From an uncultured Flavobacterium sp. (GTDB taxonomy: Bacteria > Bacteroidota > Bacteroidia > Flavobacteriales > Flavobacteriaceae), in assembly GCA_945957245.1 (NCBI GenBank), contig CAMFLD010000001.1, forward strand, positions 1 through 37,726: a DNA stretch of 37,726 nucleotides, written 5' to 3'. The translations under genes were made by a program, and so were the position numbers. Position 1 is the first letter of the stretch. Every line of letters begins with the position of its first letter. The notes below the pieces were generated by a model that saw only the letters and a list, made by a program, of their open reading frames with translations, did not search any database and had not been told where the DNA came from. This document shows, one piece after another, positions 16,901-26,431 of this stretch.

Positions 16901-19900
16901 TGTTATATTATTACAATAAGTAGCATTTGGATAAGAAATAGTCGCATTAGCCGGAGCAGTAATGATAACAGTTCTTGTAGTTGTAATAAATGGAATTGTG
17001 CTACAAGTTCCTCCTATCGTAGTTGCTGAAGTACTAGTAACAACATAAGCGCCAGGAGTACTTGCCAAAAGGTTAATAGTACCTGTTGCACTGTCAATTA
17101 CCAATCCCGGTGTAGAAGTGTAAACTCCAGCTGTTGCTCCAGGTGCTAATACCGGAGTTGGATTTGGCTGTCCTTGACAATAGTATGTCTGCGGATAGTT
17201 GAATGTATTGATTGGGAAACATGCGGTTGTACCCCCTCCAGTATTTGTTTGTGTAAATGTTACTGTACCAGCTTGATTAGAGAAGTTGGTAATCATAATT
17301 ACATATACATCACATAACTGAGCATTAGGAATACACATGATTTCCTGAGGAGCGATTGAATAACTACAAGCATGCAGTGTTCCCGGACAACCTGATGCAG
17401 GTGTTGGAATTGGCACCGTTTGTCCAAGTGGGTTTGCAGGTACACCAGTACAAGCAGTGTTCAAGTCTGTAAACGGACCCCATGCAACATAATCCACGTC
17501 TCTAGGCGTTCCATTAGTATCGACCTGAGAAATTAAATAACTCAACGGACCTGCCTGATTTACCTGTAAGAAGAAAAATGCAGGGTTAGGAGAAGTAAAT
17601 AAACATCCTATCTGACCTAAACTAGGTACGTTAGTAGAGTTAGCATAAGTTACTGTCTGACCCGTACAGAAAGCCGGAGCTTCAGTACATGGTAATGTTC
17701 CGATACACATATCAAAATTGGTAAGTGATGGACTTGTACCTGTTGAGAACACTCTAATATAATAAGTAGTTCCTGCAACTAAGTTCGCTCCTGAGTTACA
17801 TCCAACCTCTGTTAAACCAGTACATGTACCTGAGTAAATAGCATAGTTTATAGTTGTTGTATTCGGAACAACGTTGTTGAACGATATAATATGAGTTGGA
17901 GCTGTAGCAGTGAATGTAAACCATACGTCATCATCCGCACCGCCGCCGCCGCAAGATGTTGCAGGCGTTGAAGCAGTTGCACCTGCCAAAGTACCGTGTG
18001 TAGTTTGAACACAGTTTAGATTTTGATTAACAATAGCAAAAGAAGCATTGATACATTCATCATTAACCGGTTTTGTAACAAAGTTAAATGCTGACCAGGT
18101 ACTTGAAGAAGTAGGAGAACAAACCGCTCTGATGTAAACTACATAAGCCGTTCCCGGTAATAAGTTATTGGCAACATAACTAGGAGTACCTGAAACTGGG
18201 AATCCTCCATTTGTTGGTATAGGTGAGCCAGCAGGTAATACCAGTACCTCCCATTGATTTGCTACTGAGCCATCCGGATTAGGTAATTGTGACCATTGAA
18301 TAGTAGCGCTGTTTTGCGAAATCTGTCCTGGTGGAATATTGATTAATGTTGGTCTCGCACATTGAGGTGCAGGCGCACAGGTTACGTTTGCAACCCATCC
18401 TGCCGCTGTGGTAGTACCGTCACTTCTAAATACAAATGTTAAACATCCGTCAGGTGTTGTAGAAGTAAATGGCCCTGGAAGATTACCTCCGGTCAAGTTA
18501 CCCCAATAAGCTCCTGCAATACCTCCTGGTACATTTCCTGCACCATTGATACTAGGTATTTGAGATGCCGGATCAATACCGTTTCCGTCATAAACATACA
18601 ATCCATCACGGGTAGCTTCTGTGTTGAATGAAGTAAAAGTTACTGTAACAACCTCACCTGCGTTAGTAGGACATATGTAAGTTGGAATATTGGAGTTGTT
18701 AGCATAAGCTCCTGTTGTTCCTCCAGCATCTGTAAATACTCCTCCACACAATGGTGGTGCAGCCAAAGTAGTAATAGTTACAGGGATACAACTCCAAGCA
18801 CTTGTAGTTGTTCCACAATTAGCTCTTATATAAATGTCATAACATGTAGATGGGTTTAATCCAGTTAGTGTATATGGCGGAGCCACAGTTGGTGGGTTAA
18901 CACTGATGTAACCTGTTGACGCAGCTGTTGGAGCCGGAGACCCACATGGCAATGGTAATATCTGCCATGCCGTTGCTACAGAACCATCAGCATTAGCAGG
19001 CTGAGTCCAGTTTAAGTTAACTAAATTATGTCTCACTGAACCCGGTACTGCAGCGAATGATGTAGGTACATTACATGCTGGTGGTGGTCCACAAGTAACG
19101 TTAGCTAACCATCCTGCATTTTGTACTGAACCATCACTTCTAAACACGAAAGTTAAACATCCGTCAGGAGTACTTGAAGTAAACGGACATGGAATAGCGG
19201 TTCCCCAATATCCTCCTGCTAATCCACCTGGTACGTTACCGGCCGGGTTGTTACTAGCAAAAAGGTTTGCAGGAACTACCGCATTACCGTTGTATACATA
19301 TAAGGCATCCCATGTAGCTTCAGTATTAAATGAAGTAAACGTTACCGTTACTACATCTCCAGGGTTAGTTGGACAGATGGTAGTAGTAACATTTGAGTTA
19401 GGGTTATAAGCTGCTGAAACACCTCCCTCATCTACGAAGTTCCCACCACAAACTGGTGGTGCTACAGCTGTTGTTATAGTTGTTGGAGTACATGGCCAAG
19501 CGCTAACGTTACCGCTACCGCAATTAGCCCGAACATAAATATCATAACATGTACCGGAGTTTAGTCCTGTATTTAATACAAAAGGTGGAGCCGTTGTAAC
19601 ATCTACAAATCCTGTCGTAGCAGCAGTTGGAGCTGGTGAACCACATGGAAGTGCCAACACCTGCCATGCAGAAGCCACACTTGAGTTAGGGTTCGCAGGT
19701 TGTGTCCAGTTCAATGTAACTGAATTATAGGTAACCGCACTTGATGTTATTGCTGTAGGCACGCTACATGTTGGTGCAGGACCGCAGGTTACATTAGCAA
19801 CCCATCCCGGATTTTGTACTGAACCATCACTTCTGAAAACAAATGTCAAACATCCGTCTGCAGTACTTGAAGTAAATGGACACGGAATTGTTGTCCCCCA

Positions 19901-22357
19901 ATATCCACCAGCTAACCCTCCAGGTACATTTCCTGCCGGATTATTACTTGCAATCATATTAGCAGGAACTACAGCATTACCATTATAAACATATAATGCA
20001 TCCCAGGTAGCTTCAGTATTAAATGAAGTAAAAGTCACAGTTACTACATCACCAGGATTATTTGGACAAATTGTAGTAGTAACGTTTGAATTTGGAGCAT
20101 AAGCACCTGTTGTTCCTCCTGCATCCACAAAGTTTCCTCCACATTCTGGCGGAGCGGCTAATGTTGTTATCGAAACTGGTCCAACAATAGTACTTCCTCC
20201 AGAACCACATACAGCTCTAACATAAATGTTATAACAAGTAAGTGGTGTTAATCCTGTGATTGTGTATGGAGCAGCCGGTGGTGCATTAAAAGTAGCCCAT
20301 GGAGTTGAAGAAGCTGTTGGAGCCGGAGCTGTACAAGCTACTGCATATACATTCCATGTAGTAGGCACTGAACTGTCAGGATTAGCAGGCTGGTTCCAGT
20401 TAAGAACAGCTGAATTATGCAATACTGTAGAAGCCGTAAGTACAGTTGGTGCTGCACATGTTGCTTTTGGTGCACAAGTAACATTTGCTATCCACCCTGC
20501 GGCATTTCCTGTTGCATTAGATGTGAATACTGCATAAAGACATCCCGAAGCAGCTGATGAAGTAAATGACGGTGGTAATGTTGTTCCTGATAAGGTTGCC
20601 AACAGAGTAGCTGAAGCGTTATCACCATCATATATTTGTAAAGTATCTCCAGCCGCTACGTTAAATGAAGTAAACGTTAATGTTACTGCATCTGTTGAAG
20701 AACCAGGACATATTAAAACAGGCTGAGTAACTCCGTTAGGGTAGTTACCTGTTGTTCCTCCTGTATCAACATAATTTCCGCCACAAACAGGTGGTGCTAC
20801 TAAAGTACAAACTCTTGTAGGTATAGCACTCCATCCGCTATTGGCAGCACAAACTGCCCTTACATATATGTCATAGCAGGTAGCCGGAGTCAAACCACTA
20901 AGCACGAAAGAAGGTCCTGCAGCTGCAGTAACATCATTAAATGTTGGTACTGAAGCTCCGTTAGGGGCAGGTGATCCTTGAGGTAATGCAATGATATCAA
21001 AAACCGTTGCTACTGATGAATCAGGGTTAGTCGGTTGCGTCCATGTTATGGTTGTTCCTGTAGTTGTAGTTCCTGATGCTATTACAGCATGAGGAATTCT
21101 ACATGCTGGAGCAGCAGCACAAGTGATACTAGCTACATATCCCGATGAAACAGTTGTAGCATCTGAAGTAAACACAAACGTTAATTCTCCACCCGGTGCT
21201 GTTGAAGTATAAGAACCCGGTAAAGTTGTACCTGATAAAGTTGCTAATACTGGTGAAGAAGTATTTGGTCCGTTATAAATTGTTAAAATATCAGCACCAG
21301 CCTGCGTATTAAAGGCAGTAAAAGTAACAGTCGCTACATCTCCCGGATTTGGAGTAACGGTTGTACTTATATTTTCATTGTTTCCATAATTACCCGTTGG
21401 CCCTCCGGAATCTACAAGGTTTCCTCCACAGACTGGCGGTGCCGTTTGTGTTGTGAATGGAGCAGATGGAGCCGAAGGTGGGCTTGAAAAGCCTGTTGAT
21501 GGACATACTCCTGAAACAGTATAAGTATATTGCGTATTAGGAGTTAAGCCTGTAATTTGGTATGGTCCGGTTCCATTAGCCGGAAAGGTAAATGGACTTC
21601 CTGGTACCGAAGGAGTAACTACAACTGTATAAGAAGTTGCTCCTGTATTTGTCCAGCTTAAGTTGGCAGAATTATAAGTCACATTCGTTGTTGCCTGAGT
21701 CGTTGGCGCAGTACATTGTAAATTAATTCCAATATCATCTAAAAACCAACGATCACCATTAAGGTTGCCATCAGGTTGTGTGTAGACTTTCACAAAAGCA
21801 ATGTAAACATCAAAACCTGCGTAAGCAGATAAATCAACTGTTTTTTCTGTCCAAATATTAAAATTGGTAGTTGGAACAATCAATTCTGATTCTGTCCATG
21901 TTACAACAGGGCTGTAAGCAGCAGGATCAATTTGAAAAGATGGGTCAACCGCAGGTGCTACCATCACTTTGAAAACAGTTCCCTGATCCCCACTTGTAAA
22001 CATCCTTGTCCAGAAATGCAGCTCAGTGGTTCCGCTATCATTGATGTGAACCGCTGGAGTTGCAAGGTAGTCTTCTGAGGTATTCCCTGCTCCGATTTGC
22101 TCCCTGTTGACAGAAGCATAATTAACACCCTGATGTGGTGTTACCGGAACGGTATTAATACCCCAGCTTTGTCCGGTACCGACTGTACTAGGCGTGTTGT
22201 TTTCAAAAACAGCCCACTCTCCTGAGGATCCACCTAAATTCCAAAGTGATGGAAGCGGCCCTATAGTACCCGGAGTTTCAAATCCTTGTGTAGCCAACTG
22301 AGAGTAGCCGCTTACACTAATGATAAGAAACAATAGTAGTAAAGTAATTTTTTTCAT
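13913..22357 (-). CDS. Large T9SS type-B-CTD surface protein/adhesin: cleaved-adhesin-like N-domain, alternating FN3 and CUB modules, lamin-tail domain, Ig-like repeats, gliding-motility-associated C-terminal domain
   Basis: Signal peptide (GYSQ); C-terminal ISVNNDGFNDVF...LTIFNRYGMKVY...WGG...LPDGTYFY...GWIYINR; five CGG.F.D.GG..G.Y CUB repeats; FN3 repeats (L.WT...GLTP.T.YDIYVRA.C). -7 box TAAATTTG at 22408-22415. Confidence 0.93.
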   Translation of the reverse strand: MKKITLLLLFLIISVSGYSQLATQGFETPGTIGPLPSLWNLGGSSGEWAVFENNTPSTVGTGQSWGINTVPVTPHQGVNYASVNREQIGAGNTSEDYLATPAVHINDSGTTELHFWTRMFTSGDQGTVFKVMVAPAVDPSFQIDPAAYSPVVTWTESELIVPTTNFNIWTEKTVDLSAYAGFDVYIAFVKVYTQPDGNLNGDRWFLDDIGINLQCTAPTTQATTNVTYNSANLSWTNTGATSYTVVVTPSVPGSPFTFPANGTGPYQITGLTPNTQYTYTVSGVCPSTGFSSPPSAPSAPFTTQTAPPVCGGNLVDSGGPTGNYGNNENISTTVTPNPGDVATVTFTAFNTQAGADILTIYNGPNTSSPVLATLSGTTLPGSYTSTAPGGELTFVFTSDATTVSSGYVASITCAAAPACRIPHAVIASGTTTTGTTITWTQPTNPDSSVATVFDIIALPQGSPAPNGASVPTFNDVTAAAGPSFVLSGLTPATCYDIYVRAVCAANSGWSAIPTRVCTLVAPPVCGGNYVDTGGTTGNYPNGVTQPVLICPGSSTDAVTLTFTSFNVAAGDTLQIYDGDNASATLLATLSGTTLPPSFTSSAASGCLYAVFTSNATGNAAGWIANVTCAPKATCAAPTVLTASTVLHNSAVLNWNQPANPDSSVPTTWNVYAVACTAPAPTASSTPWATFNAPPAAPYTITGLTPLTCYNIYVRAVCGSGGSTIVGPVSITTLAAPPECGGNFVDAGGTTGAYAPNSNVTTTICPNNPGDVVTVTFTSFNTEATWDALYVYNGNAVVPANMIASNNPAGNVPGGLAGGYWGTTIPCPFTSSTADGCLTFVFRSDGSVQNPGWVANVTCGPAPTCSVPTAITSSAVTYNSVTLNWTQPANPNSSVASAWQVLALPCGSPAPTAATTGFVDVTTAPPFVLNTGLNSGTCYDIYVRANCGSGNVSAWPCTPTTITTAVAPPVCGGNFVDEGGVSAAYNPNSNVTTTICPTNPGDVVTVTFTSFNTEATWDALYVYNGNAVVPANLFASNNPAGNVPGGLAGGYWGTAIPCPFTSSTPDGCLTFVFRSDGSVQNAGWLANVTCGPPPACNVPTSFAAVPGSVRHNLVNLNWTQPANADGSVATAWQILPLPCGSPAPTAASTGYISVNPPTVAPPYTLTGLNPSTCYDIYIRANCGTTTSAWSCIPVTITTLAAPPLCGGVFTDAGGTTGAYANNSNIPTYICPTNAGEVVTVTFTSFNTEATRDGLYVYDGNGIDPASQIPSINGAGNVPGGIAGAYWGNLTGGNLPGPFTSTTPDGCLTFVFRSDGTTTAAGWVANVTCAPAPQCARPTLINIPPGQISQNSATIQWSQLPNPDGSVANQWEVLVLPAGSPIPTNGGFPVSGTPSYVANNLLPGTAYVVYIRAVCSPTSSSTWSAFNFVTKPVNDECINASFAIVNQNLNCVQTTHGTLAGATASTPATSCGGGGADDDVWFTFTATAPTHIISFNNVVPNTTTINYAIYSGTCTGLTEVGCNSGANLVAGTTYYIRVFSTGTSPSLTNFDMCIGTLPCTEAPAFCTGQTVTYANSTNVPSLGQIGCLFTSPNPAFFFLQVNQAGPLSYLISQVDTNGTPRDVDYVAWGPFTDLNTACTGVPANPLGQTVPIPTPASGCPGTLHACSYSIAPQEIMCIPNAQLCDVYVIMITNFSNQAGTVTFTQTNTGGGTTACFPINTFNYPQTYYCQGQPNPTPVLAPGATAGVYTSTPGLVIDSATGTINLLASTPGAYVVTSTSATTIGGTCSTIPFITTTRTVIITAPANATISYPNATYCNNITVPQAIIRTGTNGGTFSASPAGLVINGTSGDIIPVASTPGVYTVTYTIAATGGCAAFTTTTQVEILASPVLTQASVAACDTFTLPALTVGNYYTATGGPGGSGTLIDSSNYTITNPGVNPIYIYAQGTNGCVSERQFNVVINTVEDPTFTVTQSSCTTPTGSVTVTSPVSTGLPVPSNLFISEVTDADTGSLTYVELYNATGVPVNLANYKLKFYTWGSPPTTENLQCDLVLSGTILNNATNVIKVSNSANAPGVTPNQTFTGCAGVNNNDNIRLTTSADVLVDQWGPTDGSTFTPAGQTGYTYRRLNTATLPSTTWNPSDWTTTDPEDYSNVGTYAMTVSNYQYSLDNGPYQSGVTFSGVAPGQHTLVVKDLSTGCVSDGVQVIIDAVNAIPTETTFTYTTPVCQNSGVNPLPDTSATGFTTGGTWTSNPSTGIALNASTGEITLSGTTSGTYDITYTVPFDPVTCQSFGSTTFTVVITNVIVPVVGFTYTTPICQNAQATLSPTLATGFTGGGVFSSTAGLVIDGTTGVIDLAASTAGPYTITYALAGNSCLSATSNTFDIVINPVITPVTSFTYTTPVCQNATSNPTPTFATGFTTGGTFTSNPSTGIALDPVTGEINLASTTPGVYTITYTTTADATTCRVAGSTDFVITINPVITPVVGFSYTTPICKNAQATLTPTLSAGFTSGGTFSSTPGLVINGATGVIDLANSNAGPYTITYSVAANAATCQVANSGTFSIVINPVVTPVTTFSYDTPFCSANSSTIELPNLGAGFTTGGTFSATGSLIINPNTGAIDLSSPAGNYTITYTVNADPSICQVAASGTAQITIIPPVLVELNGGCQSVYVLNAAPVNGSFNPETATFSWQNASHVEVGTAQSLNVPAVGTYTVTVTVDGCSTESAPFEVTTIACQIQKGISVNNDGFNDVFDLTGFDVKKLTIFNRYGMKVYSKANYVKEWGGKSDNGDELPDGTYFYVIDRNVGDSITGWIYINRAQ
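14400..15720 (-). repeat. Five tandem ~88-aa Ig-like repeats (F[TS]YTTP[VI]CQN...TGFTxGGTF)
   Basis: Repeat starts near 15715, 15445, 15185, 14915 and 14650 (period about 265 nt). Boundaries are approximate. Confidence 0.8.
18060..21720 (-). repeat. (FN3-CUB)x5-FN3 tandem array
   Basis: CUB starts near 21435, 20790, 20145, 19450 and 18750. Copies 3 and 4 share DNA-level identity (e.g. TTGTACTGAACCATCACTTCT). Boundaries are approximate. Confidence 0.8.
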
Positions 22358-22549
22358 GAAATGAAAATTTTGAGTTGTTGGATAAAAGTTTTTAGAATTT
22401 TGAAGTCCAAATTTAGTAAAATTTATGAAATAATTAAGATTATTAATTTTTTAACTAAAAAACTACTGCTTTTATTACATAAATCATGGAGTATTTATAT
22501 GTATTTTTTAATTTTCATTTGAGTATTTTTGCCAAAGAATAAAATAACA

Positions 22550-23773
22550 ATGTTAGAAAAAGAGACCATAAATTTTGAACGAACTGTAATTGTCGGTATT
22601 GTTACTCAAAACCAGAGTGAAGAAAAATTAGCCGAATATCTTGACGAATTGGAGTTCTTAACCTTTACTGCGGGAGGCGAAGTTATTAAGCGTTTTTCTC
22701 AAAAACTGGAACGTCCTAATCCCAAAACATTTTTGGGAACCGGTAAGATGGATGAAATAAGTGTTTACATAAAAAACCACAATATATCTACCGTTATATT
22801 TGATGATGTATTATCGCCATCACAGCAAAAGAACATTTCAAAAATTCTGGACTGTAAAGTCCTTGACCGAACCAATTTAATACTCGATATTTTTGCTCAA
22901 AGAGCCGAAACCTCTTACGCAAGAACTCAGGTTGAATTAGCGCAATGCCAATACTTACTCCCAAGGCTTTCGGGAATGTGGACTCACTTAGAGCGGCAAA
23001 AAGGAGGTATCGGGCTTCGTGGTCCCGGTGAAACTGAAATTGAAACCGACCGAAGAATTGTTAGAGACAGAATCGCTTTATTAAAGGAAAAAATCAAGAC
23101 AATTGACAAGCAAATGTCTGTTCAAAGAGGGAATCGTGGTGCAATGGTACGGGTAGCTTTGGTTGGTTATACTAATGTGGGAAAATCTACTTTGATGAAT
23201 GTTATCAGTAAAAGTGAGGTTTTTGTGGAAAACAAATTATTTGCCACTCTTGACACAACTGTTCGTAAAGTTGTCATTAAAAATCTTCCTTTTTTATTAT
23301 CCGATACCGTAGGTTTCATTAGAAAATTGCCAACCCAGCTCATTGAATCGTTCAAAAGTACACTTGACGAAGTCCGTGAAGCAGATTTATTACTTCACGT
23401 TGTTGATATTTCACATCCTGATTTTGAAGAACATATTGCTTCAGTTAATCAAATTCTGCAGGATATCAAAAGTGAGGATAAACCAACTATCATGGTTTTT
23501 AACAAAATTGATGCTTACAAAAGCCATGTTATTGAAGAAGATGATCTAATGACCGAAAGAACTTCTAAACATTATTCACTTGAGGAATGGAAATCAACCT
23601 GGATGAGTAATGTAGGTGAGAAAAATACTTTATTCATTTCCGCAACAAATAAGGAAAATTTTGAGGAATTCCGTGAAAAAGTTTACGAAGCAGTAAGAAG
23701 TATTCACATAACCAGATTCCCGTATAACAAATTTTTGTATCCGGACTATAAGGATGCTGTAGAAAAAGAATAG
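22550..23773 (+). CDS. hflX: GTPase HflX
   Basis: RGPGETEIETDRR, GYTNVGKST, LFATLDTT, DTVGFI, NKID motifs. Start at ATG 22550; the TTG at 22529 is within the -7 box TATTTTTG (22524-22531). Confidence 0.97.
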   Translation: MLEKETINFERTVIVGIVTQNQSEEKLAEYLDELEFLTFTAGGEVIKRFSQKLERPNPKTFLGTGKMDEISVYIKNHNISTVIFDDVLSPSQQKNISKILDCKVLDRTNLILDIFAQRAETSYARTQVELAQCQYLLPRLSGMWTHLERQKGGIGLRGPGETEIETDRRIVRDRIALLKEKIKTIDKQMSVQRGNRGAMVRVALVGYTNVGKSTLMNVISKSEVFVENKLFATLDTTVRKVVIKNLPFLLSDTVGFIRKLPTQLIESFKSTLDEVREADLLLHVVDISHPDFEEHIASVNQILQDIKSEDKPTIMVFNKIDAYKSHVIEEDDLMTERTSKHYSLEEWKSTWMSNVGEKNTLFISATNKENFEEFREKVYEAVRSIHITRFPYNKFLYPDYKDAVEKE

Positions 23774-23776
23774 CTA

Positions 23777-24559
23777 TTAATTAAGGTAGTAGATATAACC
23801 AAAATTCAACCAAACGTTCCAGTCGTTTGCTTTGTTTTCGGTATATATCTTTTCATCCGGATTCAAACCATCAACCCAGTTGGAGAAATAATACTGCCAT
23901 CTTAAGTCGACCATTAAATCGCCAACATCATTAAGTCTGTAACGACAACCTACGCTGGAAACAATAGACCATACTGTTCCGCCCTGATTAGTTGTTGCGT
24001 TGTAGTATTTGATAGGTGTTGAAATCGGTGTATTTAAAGGACCTAGTTCTGACCATGCTTTAGGATTGTAAAAACTGAATTGGCCTCCTAAACTTATAAA
24101 TGGTGCTAACGCACCTTTAGTGGAAGTAAACTCTCTGATACTTAATGGAAAAAACTCAAGTTGCATTCCAATATTAGTAACAGCGGTACTTCCTCTCATG
24201 GCTCTTAATTGGTCGGCAATCAATCCGGTTCTGCTTGGATCAACCCATTTACCATAATGCCGCAGATCCGTTTTATTATAAGACAACTCACTTCTCAATT
24301 TGAAGTGATCGTTAAAATAGGTTTCAGGAGTATAACAGTTACATTCTGCTCTGTACGAAAAATTCAGGTAGTGGATAATCCCTATTCCATACCCTGTGTT
24401 ACCTACATTGGTAGAAAAATCGTGACGCTGACCATAATCCGATTGAAAAGCAACAGGACCAACGATAGCTCCGATTTCGTGGGAAAAACCAAACTGAGCA
24501 TCTGCGTTGTTTGACAAGGCAAACAACATCAGTAGGGATAGGATAAGTTTTTTAGGCAT
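23777..24559 (-). CDS. Outer-membrane beta-barrel-like protein (THC0290_0291 family-like)
   Basis: Signal peptide (ADA-Q); HEIGAIVGPVAFQSDYG; alternating aromatic strands; C-terminal VWLNFGYIYYLN. Start is 24559 or 24565; the -7 box TATATTTG at 24587-24594 overlaps the ORF-track TTG. Confidence 0.7.
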   Translation of the reverse strand: MPKKLILSLLMLFALSNNADAQFGFSHEIGAIVGPVAFQSDYGQRHDFSTNVGNTGYGIGIIHYLNFSYRAECNCYTPETYFNDHFKLRSELSYNKTDLRHYGKWVDPSRTGLIADQLRAMRGSTAVTNIGMQLEFFPLSIREFTSTKGALAPFISLGGQFSFYNPKAWSELGPLNTPISTPIKYYNATTNQGGTVWSIVSSVGCRYRLNDVGDLMVDLRWQYYFSNWVDGLNPDEKIYTENKANDWNVWLNFGYIYYLN

Positions 24560-24913
24560 TTGCATACTAATTAGTTCAAATCTCGACAAATATATAAAAA
24601 CATCAATCAGTTATAAAATAAAATAAAAAATTGTTGGATTATATACGGAAAAAATAATATTCGGTTTCATCTGGCTTCTTATTATTACCTTATTTCTATC
24701 ATTGGCCACCTATTACCGAACAAAAGAATCATTTTGACAAGCCATCAAAATCTTTTTTGAAATTTTTTAAGGTTGAGTTCTAAATATTTTTTACAAAAAA
24801 GAAATTTATCAAATATATTCTCCAGTAAAAGAGACAGATAACCAAACTATAACCCTATAAGTTAAAACAATCAGAATTAAAAAAAATATGTACTGCTGTT
24901 TTTGAATAAAATG

Positions 24914-24944
24914 TATATTTGTCCGATTTTAAGAAATCGATTTC
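24914..24944 (+). promoter_or_regulatory. gdhA -7 box (TATATTTG) and downstream perfect palindrome GAAATCGATTTC
   Basis: Box at 24914-24921; 12-bp palindrome at 24933-24944 in a repressor-like position. Confidence 0.6.
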
Positions 24945-24968
24945 GTAAAAATATAAATAGCTAATTTT

Positions 24969-26312
24969 ATGTCACAAAGTATCAACGCATTTATGGACAT
25001 GGTTGCTCAAAGAAACGGCCATGAAACAGAATTTATGCAAGCAGTTATGGAAGTAGCGGAAACCGTAATTCCATTTATCGAACAAAATAAAAAATACCAA
25101 AACAAAATGCTCTTGGAGCGCATGGTAGAACCTGAAAGAGTAATCATGTTCCGCGTAAGCTGGATTGATGATGCAGGCAATACTCAGGTTAACCGTGGAT
25201 ACAGAATCCAAATGAACTCTGCAATTGGGCCATACAAAGGAGGAATCCGTTTCCACCCTTCTGTAAACCTGAGCATCCTTAAATTCCTGGCATTTGAACA
25301 AACATTTAAAAATAGTTTGACCACATTACCAATGGGTGGTGGAAAAGGAGGTTCTGATTTTGACCCTAAAGGTAAATCGGAAAATGAAATTATGAAATTC
25401 TGCCAGGCATTCATGACTGAATTGTCAAAACATATTGGTGCTGATACTGACGTTCCTGCCGGAGATATTGGTGTTGGAGGAAGAGAAGTTGGCTATATGT
25501 TTGGTCAGTACAAAAGACTAAGAAATGAATTTACGGGTGTATTAACCGGAAAAGGAATCACTTTTGGAGGTTCGTTAATCCGTCCTGAAGCTACAGGATA
25601 TGGTGATGTGTACTTTGCACAAAGTATGTTGGCCACCAAAGGACAAAGCTTTGAAGGAAAAACAGTTGTAATTTCAGGTTCCGGTAACGTAGCTCAATAC
25701 GCTTGTGAAAAAGCAACCCAATTAGGAGGAAAAGTAGTTACACTTTCTGACTCTGCCGGTTATATCTACGATGAAGAAGGAATCACTGCTGAAAAACTGG
25801 CTCACGTAATGCAGATTAAAAATGTGGATTATGCCCGTATTAGTGAATATGTAAAAAAATACCCTAATGCTAAATATGTTGCAGGAAAACGTCCTTGGGA
25901 AGTTAAATGCGACGTAGCATTGCCTTGCGCAACTCAAAACGAATTAAATGGAGACGAAGCTAAAATGCTTATCGCTAACGGATGTATCTGTGTAGCCGAA
26001 GGAGCGAATATGCCATCTACTCCTGAAGCAGTAGCTGAATTTTTAAAAGCAAAAATTCTTTTTGCTCCGGGTAAAGCTTCTAATGCCGGTGGAGTTGCTA
26101 CTTCTGGTCTCGAAATGTCTCAAAACTCTTTACGTTTGAGCTGGACTTCAGAAGAAGTTGACCAACGTTTGAAAAACATTATGGCCAATATCCATGAAGC
26201 TTGCGTAAAATATGGTACAGACGCAAACGGATATACTGATTATGTAAAAGGTGCCAACATTGCCGGATTCGTAAAAGTTGCCGACGCCATGCTTGCACAA
26301 GGAATCGTATAA
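24969..26312 (+). CDS. gdhA: Glutamate dehydrogenase (NADP-specific GdhA type)
   Basis: [58 protein letters not shown] motifs. Confidence 0.98.
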   Translation: MSQSINAFMDMVAQRNGHETEFMQAVMEVAETVIPFIEQNKKYQNKMLLERMVEPERVIMFRVSWIDDAGNTQVNRGYRIQMNSAIGPYKGGIRFHPSVNLSILKFLAFEQTFKNSLTTLPMGGGKGGSDFDPKGKSENEIMKFCQAFMTELSKHIGADTDVPAGDIGVGGREVGYMFGQYKRLRNEFTGVLTGKGITFGGSLIRPEATGYGDVYFAQSMLATKGQSFEGKTVVISGSGNVAQYACEKATQLGGKVVTLSDSAGYIYDEEGITAEKLAHVMQIKNVDYARISEYVKKYPNAKYVAGKRPWEVKCDVALPCATQNELNGDEAKMLIANGCICVAEGANMPSTPEAVAEFLKAKILFAPGKASNAGGVATSGLEMSQNSLRLSWTSEEVDQRLKNIMANIHEACVKYGTDANGYTDYVKGANIAGFVKVADAMLAQGIV

Positions 26313-26336
26313 TAAATACAACCAACCTAAACCCTT

Positions 26337-26366
26337 AAAATGCCGTCATTAATGATGGCATTTTTT
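26337..26366 (+). terminator. Intrinsic terminator after gdhA
   Basis: AAAATGCCGTCA-TTAA-TGATGGCATTTTTT. Confidence 0.85.
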
Positions 26367-26431
26367 GTTTGACATACAACAAATTGTCAGTTTTTGCGTT
26401 TATGTTATATTTGTATACTAATTGCTATCAG

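Noticed and set aside
14400-21720. Repeats as a possible CRISPR array, DGR template/variable pair or mobile element
   Set aside because: They are in-frame protein-domain repeats with synonymous divergence. There are no spacers, reverse transcriptase or transposase, and I saw no adenine-specific mismatch pattern.
23777-24559. Calling this gene a glutamate dehydrogenase because of its neighbour
   Set aside because: It has a signal peptide and a beta-barrel pattern, and no GDH motifs.
24660-24760. Weak inverted repeats in the long intergenic region before gdhA
   Set aside because: The stems are short and AT-rich with no promoter-terminator pair, so chance occurrence is likely.
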